Assembly: GCA_963704705.1 (NCBI GenBank)
Contig: OY969931.1
Span: 780,001 to 812,000, forward strand
DNA length: 32,000 nucleotides
Source: an uncultured bacterium
GTDB taxonomy: Bacteria; Patescibacteriota; Gracilibacteria; UBA1369; PNNO01
Reading direction: 5' to 3'
A program made the position numbers and the translations under genes. The notes beneath the pieces are model-generated. The model did not search any database. It was given only the letters and a program-made list of their open reading frames with translations, and was not told where the DNA came from. Shown here piece after piece: positions 26,411 through 32,000 of this stretch (positions are counted from its first letter, which is position 1; every line of letters starts with the position of its first letter).

Positions 26411-26884
26411 TTGAATAAGATTGATCAAGAAAAAAGAGAATTCCTTAAAGAACATTATCACTATGAAGTTGAAATGATGATTTTATCATTTCAATCAAAA
26501 TTAAATATTAATTATGATAAAACTTCTTTTTTAAATAACCTTTTAATAGAAAACTTTTTATTACATTCTAGAGGTTTAATGGAATTTTATTTTTTTGATA
26601 TTAAGAAATTTAAAGATGATGATGTATTAGCATCAGATTTGATTGCAAACTGGAAAAAATTAAGACCTTATGAGTATAAAGATGTGGAATATATTAAAAA
26701 AAGGATTGATAAAGAACTTGCTCATCTTACTTGGTCTAGAAAAGATCCTAATGATATAACTAGAAATTGGGATTTGAATGAAATATTTAATATTCTAAGT
26801 CATACAACTAAAATTTTCATTAATAATTTATCTAAAAATTTAATAAATAAAAAAATAACTGAACTTAAAGAAATGATACAATAA
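26411..26884 (+). CDS. hypothetical helical protein (possible HEPN-like R-x6-H: RIDKELAH)
   Basis: 157-aa ORF with a TTG start 3 nt after the STAS stop, predicted all-helical by eye. The HEPN suggestion rests only on one short motif. Confidence 0.45.
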   Translation: MNKIDQEKREFLKEHYHYEVEMMILSFQSKLNINYDKTSFLNNLLIENFLLHSRGLMEFYFFDIKKFKDDDVLASDLIANWKKLRPYEYKDVEYIKKRIDKELAHLTWSRKDPNDITRNWDLNEIFNILSHTTKIFINNLSKNLINKKITELKEMIQ

Positions 26885-26897
26885 CAATGCTGTTATT

Positions 26898-29800
26898 TTA
26901 CTCAATCGGCCATTTAGGTATTAATTCATCAATTTCTTTCATAACTCTTATTGTCTCCCTTAAAGATACAACAATTTTCATATAATGAACTAAATCGTCA
27001 ACCGACAAACACCTATCTGCTTTTTTTCTATCTTTTAACCACTTTTCCAAAACCTGATAGCCTCCTATCATAAATTCCCAAACTTCAAGCTCAATACCTT
27101 CAAAATATTGACCTGAATTTACATAAACACGTTTTTCAGTTGGTTCGTACTCTACTTTTTCAATCTTCCAATCCTCAATATTTTCTGGTTTTTTACCTCC
27201 CGTTATAACATTCCACTTTGAATTATCATCAAAAATAGTACTAGAATCATCAAATGGATTTTCACCAAGAAGATGCAAATTAACAAGTTCCTTACCCTTT
27301 TTTACTAAATTTTTAAATAATTTCTTATCTTTAATTAATGGAATACGTGGAAAATCAATTTTTAATTGTTCAGCATAACGATTCCTGTAAGTTGGGCAAT
27401 GTAAAATAGCATAAATATAATAAAAAATATCTTCTGATCCAAAAGTTTTAGATAAATCGCCAGGTCCATTTCCAATGTATTTCATATAAAGTCTTTTAGA
27501 AAATTCACTTATAAATTTGTTATTTAAATTTGACTTAAATTCTTTTTCATTAAGAATGTTTGATTGAATATTTTCTATTTCAGGATATATATAAATAGGA
27601 AAAATATAATTTTGATCAGAAATAATATGTATATCAGCTAAAGATTTAACTAGAAAAGAATGATGGAAACTATCTCCAGGTATAAGTCTAGTGGTAACCA
27701 ATGCAAAATTTAATTTCAACAAATTACGCATTGTTTTATAACCCGGCGTGCCGACAAATCCTCTAGTTTTACCACTATACCAAATTTTTCTAATATCAAA
27801 AGGTCTGTATGAAATATCAAAAATTAAATTATCGTCATCTCTATGCTCTAATGTATCATTTTTTGCGTTATCAATCTTCCAGTCTCTACTATCTTTTTCT
27901 AAATTGTATTTTTTCTTTAATTCATCTTCAGTTAGTTCTCGAAAATCATTTAGTGTGTTTGTTAATTCTTTTTTATCAAAATGAATACAAATACCATCTC
28001 GTTCTGTTTTTACACCGCTTCCATATTCGTGAAAAATATCTTGGACACCCCAAAAATCACCATACTCAACAATTTTGTCACTAGAATCATCAGCATTGGG
28101 GACAAAAAAGTTCAGCTTTCCCAAAAATTCACTCCATTTTGTTGATAAAAATGCAGAATTAAAATTTTTATAGTCAATTTCTATCCAATTTAACTTATTA
28201 AATCTATTATCCAGCCATTCATATTTATATTTTTTCAACCCCCATAAATCAAAATAACATAAATTACATGGTTCATTATTATCATTTTTTTTAATAAAAA
28301 AATTAATTGAAACTCCGGTTTGAATATTAAATACATTCTCATCCGTGCTCCCATCAGTGCATACTTCACCTTTTCGGCTATTCCCATGTAAATTTAAGAT
28401 ATAAATTTCATTAAATTCATTTAATAATTCTCCCCTCATTCTTCTGTGAGTAATTCCATCAATAAATGAATTAGATGTAATCATAGCAAATATTCCTTGT
28501 CCCGATTTGTGTAATTTCCACTGCGCAAACCTAATAAATTTAATGTAATCATCATCAATATTAATTTTCTTTTCATTTAAATTCTTTTTGTAATCTTTTA
28601 ATAAATCTAAAATCCAAGGCTGTTTATTCATCATACCAAAATTACTATAAGGAGGATTACCTATTATTGCTAAAACTTCTTTATTGTTTTTTATATCTCT
28701 TGCAGATTCACTTTCTTTAGATATTGATTCAAAACCAAATAAATCTATTTTGGGATTTTCTGGATTATCTAAACTGTTTGCTAAAAATACTTGAAAGCGA
28801 TCATTTGTAGGATCTTCATCTTCGTAAGTTTTGTTAAAATCAAACCCAAGCCGCTCAATTTCAAGAGCAAGTTTTAAATGAGCAATGGCATAAGGTGCAA
28901 CTAATAATTCGAAACCATAAAAATGTTTTAATATGTGCTTTAAAACTTTATCTGTAAACTTCTTTTTAACAATATCTTCACCTAATGCACCATTTTTCTT
29001 TTTAATTCTTTCATGAACCTGTTGAATAGCTGACATTAAAAAAGTGCCTGTTCCGGCTGCAGGATCAAGTATATTAACTTCTTCATTTGCCAATCCATCT
29101 TCTTTATTAAATTTTGTTTTCTAATAAATAATCCACACTCCTAACAATTAGATCCACTATAGGCTTTGGGGTATAATAAACCCCCCTCGCTTCCCTTTCT
29201 TTTGGATCATATTCCTTCAAAAACGGCTCATAAAACTGTATTACAGGATCTTCGTTTACTTTATGGTCTACTAATTTATGCCGAATTTTATCAAGTTTTT
29301 AATTATTTAATTGATCTACAAGAGCTTCTGTAGCCTGATGAATAGAAGGAAATATTGACGAAACTCTTTTAACAAGATCATATAAATCCTTAAGAATAGG
29401 CACATTCTTTGGTAAAAAATCTATTGCTGTTGTAAGGGTGAAAGAGGAATCGGGGTGTTTTTCAGTATATTCTAGTGACGCTAAGAATAAAGAATACGCT
29501 AATGTTTCCGCAACCATATTAGCAAATTGGTGTTCATCAATATTTTGTATTAATGTTTCGGAAAAAGTTTTCTTTAATCTGTGCAATTCTGTGAATCTTC
29601 ATCTTCTTTATTAAAATTTTCTTCAACTTGTTGACTTAAAAGTTTAGTTTTTCTTGCAAGTGCCAATGCTAATTGTTTCCGAGTTTTTGCATCATAAGCT
29701 TGACCCAATAAAAATTTAACCAATAAAAGATCCAAATTTTTCTCAGAACCCTCGGTATAATCTCTAATATCAAAAGTTAATTCTTCAATCTTTTTTGCAT

Positions 29801-30167
29801 TACCATCAGAATCCCATTGCCATAACTCCCATTGCCTGAAATTAGTAAAAATAATATTTTCAAGACTATCTTTGTATTTTTTGAAGCTGACTTCAAAATT
29901 ACTATCCTAAATCATCAATGGCGATTTAACTTCAATCCACCCAACCAATCTATTTCCGTCTCTTATAGTAATATCAGGAAATCCAACTTTATCTTCATGC
30001 TGAGTGCTGCTTTCCTCTGCAGTTGCAGAAATATGATCATTTTTCTTATCATTCTCTTTAAAGAAGTTTTTCAAAAATTCACAAAAAGGTGGGTAATAAG
30101 TTCTTTCAGTGCCAATATCTTTAATTTTTTTAATTTCCTGTTGAAATTGTTGTAAAGAATTCATCAA
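26898..30167 (-). pseudogene. decayed type IIG/IIL (MmeI-like) restriction-modification fusion: PD-ExK nuclease + helical spacer + N6-adenine MTase + type-ISP/LlaBIII-like C-terminal specificity domain
   Basis: Segment 1 (30167-29910) has GFPDITIRDGNRLVGWIEVK, then an in-frame TAG at 29907-29909. The same frame continues to 29574, with a frameshift at 29577-29598. ORF 29586-29302 has FANMVAETLAYSLFLA, then an in-frame TAA at 29299-29301. The same frame then gives FYEPFLKEYDPKEREARGVYYTPKPIV, with a frameshift at 29110-29120. The main ORF has LDPAAGTGTFL (motif I), IIGNPPYS (motif IV), FYYIYAILHCPTYRNRYAEQLKIDFPRIP and IGGYQVLEKWLKDRK. Confidence 0.85.
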
Positions 30168-30232
30168 ATATAATAAATATAAAACATTTCATTTATATCA
30201 CGAAAAACTTATATGCTCAATTTATTGAATGA

Positions 30233-30891
30233 TTATTTAATATGTTCTTTTATTTTCTTTTTCAATTTCTGAACACTTCTATTATTTACTAATTTTTGAC
30301 CTATACTAAGTAATTCATAATAAACAGCATCTTTCTCTGCAGAGCTTTTCTTTCGCGAATACTTTATCCCAAAATTACAAACTTTGTTTCTTTGGATTTA
30401 CGCGAAGTATCATAATGCGCTCCACCGAGTTTATTACAAACATATTTAATAACATCTTCAGGATAAATAATCTGACCATGAATAATAAAACTAGGTTGTT
30501 TCAAATATTCACTAAGCTTTATAGGCCTATTTTTCTGTTTCTTACTTAGCTTATACATTTTTTTTGCTTCTTCATTTGAAGTTTCTTTATTTAATTCTTG
30601 AAATTTGGAAATTTTAAGACCTTTATATTTTGCTCCACCAGCTTGATAAAAAGTAGTATTTCCAACGGAATCTAAACTATCTTTTCTATTAGAATCATGA
30701 AGAAGAATCTTGATTTCAATATTCATCATTTTTGCCGCCTTCAATAATTTCCCATAAACAATTAAATTTCTAAGGACATTACTTGATCTTCGTAGAGAAT
30801 CATCAGCAATAACTTGATTCCATTCTTTGGTGATATATTCAATATCCTCAGCAACAAGTTGCAACAAATCATTGTCCATATTTAAAACCAT
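30233..30891 (-). pseudogene. hypothetical protein, probable 3' frameshift
   Basis: ORF 30364-30891 (175 aa) stops at a T4/G3 run. About 50 further stop-free codons (..IKYSRKKSSAEKDAVYYELLSIGQKLVNNRSVQKLKKKIKEHIK*) follow in another frame, which is unlikely by chance at ~28% GC. Confidence 0.4.
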
Positions 30892-30945
30892 ATATTTATA
30901 CTTAATTTTACTAAAACAGAGGCATAAGAGTTCACCTAACTAATA

Positions 30946-31059
30946 TTAATTAGGTGTGGATTTCCGGTGTCGCGGTACACGAACCGTCTTTCCACTAGGC
31001 AAGCGTTTAGTATACGGTTTCACCGGTACTATTTTCTTACCTTTGGCTGTTTTAGCCAT
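30946..31059 (-). CDS. small highly basic protein (37 aa: MAKTAKGKKIVPVKPYTKRLPSGKTVRVPRHRKSTPN)
   Basis: The most plausible start is the ATG at 31059. The longer track ORF reads through the leader. Lies downstream of a consensus promoter at 31235-31262. Confidence 0.45.
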   Translation of the reverse strand: MAKTAKGKKIVPVKPYTKRLPSGKTVRVPRHRKSTPN

Positions 31060-31220
31060 AGTAGAATGGGTTAAGAATAATAATGAGCGTAGGTTTAGTG
31101 TACGCCCAAGTTCAGCTACTACTTTTGTAATAACCAAACGGGGCGACTAAACTCTAGCCATTAATTCAACCCATTCTTTTGGGCTCAACCTTGCTTATGC
31201 CTCCATTTCAAAGAGCTAAA

Positions 31221-31262
31221 AATTAGCACTTGGTATTATAGAGTGCTAATTTAAAAAGTCAA
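31221..31262 (-). promoter_or_regulatory. near-consensus sigma70 promoter with embedded palindromic operator
   Basis: Minus strand reads TTGACT (31262-31257) - 16 nt - TATAAT (31240-31235). The inverted repeat aattagcac-N13-gtgctaatt (31221-31251) brackets the -10. Confidence 0.6.
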
Positions 31263-31446
31263 TTATAATTTGTGTTAAAATAAATTATAATTCGGCTATC
31301 CACCGGATCAACAAAAGCTCGCTACTGAAAACATATTGAAACAGGCAGAGCTACTTGCTGATGAATGGGTGGAGAAATAAATAGAAGTTGCCAACGTTAA
31401 AAAAGCGATTCCAATAGAAATTATCGCAACAATCATAGATTTTTTA

Positions 31447-31730
31447 CTAAAACTCTCGTGCTTCTTGTAATTCAATATATTCTAAATAATTAAAATACGC
31501 ACCCGGTGTTACACGGATACCTATTTCACCATGGGTTTCATAAGGATTAACATCAAAAACATAAATGATAACGAAATTAAATCATCATAATCGTTTATTT
31601 TTTTATTTTTATCATAATTAAAACCTTTAGATATCAAATATTCATATAACTCATCAAATTTGATACCCTTATTTACATTTTCAACTGCATATTCTAAAAC
31701 TGTTATATAAAGGTCCTTGTCGTTTTTCAT
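31447..31730 (-). pseudogene. hypothetical protein, probable internal frameshift
   Basis: ORF 31521-31730 ends in hydrophobic nonsense (FMFLMLILMKPMVK*). An overlapping frame stays open for 45 codons (FNFVIIYVFDVNPYETHGEIGIRVTPGAYFNYLEYIELQEAREF*) down to 31447. Confidence 0.4.
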
Positions 31731-31749
31731 TTTTCATTATTATTTATAT

Positions 31750-32000
31750 CTACTTCTCAAACTTTTCAAATACCTGCCTTATCAAAAACATGGCATAAGC
31801 AATATCATCATTTGAATGAACATCAAAAAGAGTAATGTGCTTATTATAATATTTATAGCTATTTTTCATATAACGTGCTCTTTTCTCGGGGTCTTTTAAA
31901 TCTTTGGGCTGAGTTCTATTTAAACCTACTTCAACTTTTGACTTATAAATTCTTAAGCTTACTACAACAGATTTCCCTATTTTATAACCTATATATTGCT
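31750..32000 (-). CDS. hypothetical protein, C-terminal part (runs off right edge)
   Basis: Stop-free minus-strand frame from the window edge to TAG at 31750-31752: ..GYKIGKSVVVSLRIYKSKVEVGLNRTQPKDLKDPEKRARYMKNSYKYYNKHITLFDVHSNDDIAYAMFLIRQVFEKFEK*. Not in the ORF track because the start is outside the window. Confidence 0.5.
   Translation of the reverse strand, partial: QYIGYKIGKSVVVSLRIYKSKVEVGLNRTQPKDLKDPEKRARYMKNSYKYYNKHITLFDVHSNDDIAYAMFLIRQVFEKFEK

Noticed and set aside
29299-29909. In-frame TAG/TAA in the R-M gene as stop-codon reassignment or programmed recoding
   Set aside because: TAG and TAA terminate well-conserved genes here (clpP ends TAG; rimK, nifS and msrAB end TAA), and TGA also terminates hicA. 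The same gene additionally carries two frameshifts. Pseudogenisation is the simpler explanation.

Overview
AT-rich bacterial window (roughly 30-35% GC by eye). Most native genes lack a Shine-Dalgarno site, there are many small orphan acidic proteins, and the 16S rRNA deviates at 'universal' primer sites. Together these suggest a Patescibacteria/CPR-like genome, but that is inference only. All protein calls come from motifs read by eye; no searches were run.

Positions 1-14.8 kb are mostly housekeeping. They hold a partial tRNA, a small membrane protein and a stand-alone 16S rRNA with its own promoter and a 27-bp leader/trailer processing helix, with no 23S adjacent. They also hold clpP, rimK, nifU-nifS, tRNA-Leu(UAA), an msrB-msrA fusion, DUF4342, Smr, DUF1624, an IF-2B-family isomerase-like gene, an ArsB/NhaD-type permease and an SLH-anchored trypsin-like protease.

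Positions 14.8-32 kb are accessory and mosaic:
(i) Three copies of an unannotated GC-rich REP/BIME-like composite repeat, each built from two ~52-nt subunits that start with a CCCGGG-centred palindrome. Each copy is followed by a near-consensus sigma70 promoter and a different cassette: a ~60%+ GC foreign lipoprotein gene, hicA plus an RHH antitoxin, and relB plus a yafQ-like toxin.
(ii) An operon of an acidic protein and a divergent sigma-70 factor.
(iii) Tandem IMPase-like genes broken by frameshifts.
(iv) A compositionally foreign block: a Cys-rich protein, a BRO-N/DinD-like protein and a DUF2779 Cas4-like plus DEDD-like nuclease.
(v) A tightly packed GHKL ATPase, STAS-like (DUF4325) protein and helical protein. 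With DUF2779 these form a four-gene same-strand cluster, which is my best candidate for an uncharacterised defence or partner-switching system.
(vi) An MmeI/type IIG-like R-M gene destroyed by 2 in-frame stops and 2 frameshifts, plus other frameshifted ORFs.
(vii) A small basic protein behind a consensus promoter with a palindromic operator and a GC-rich structured leader.
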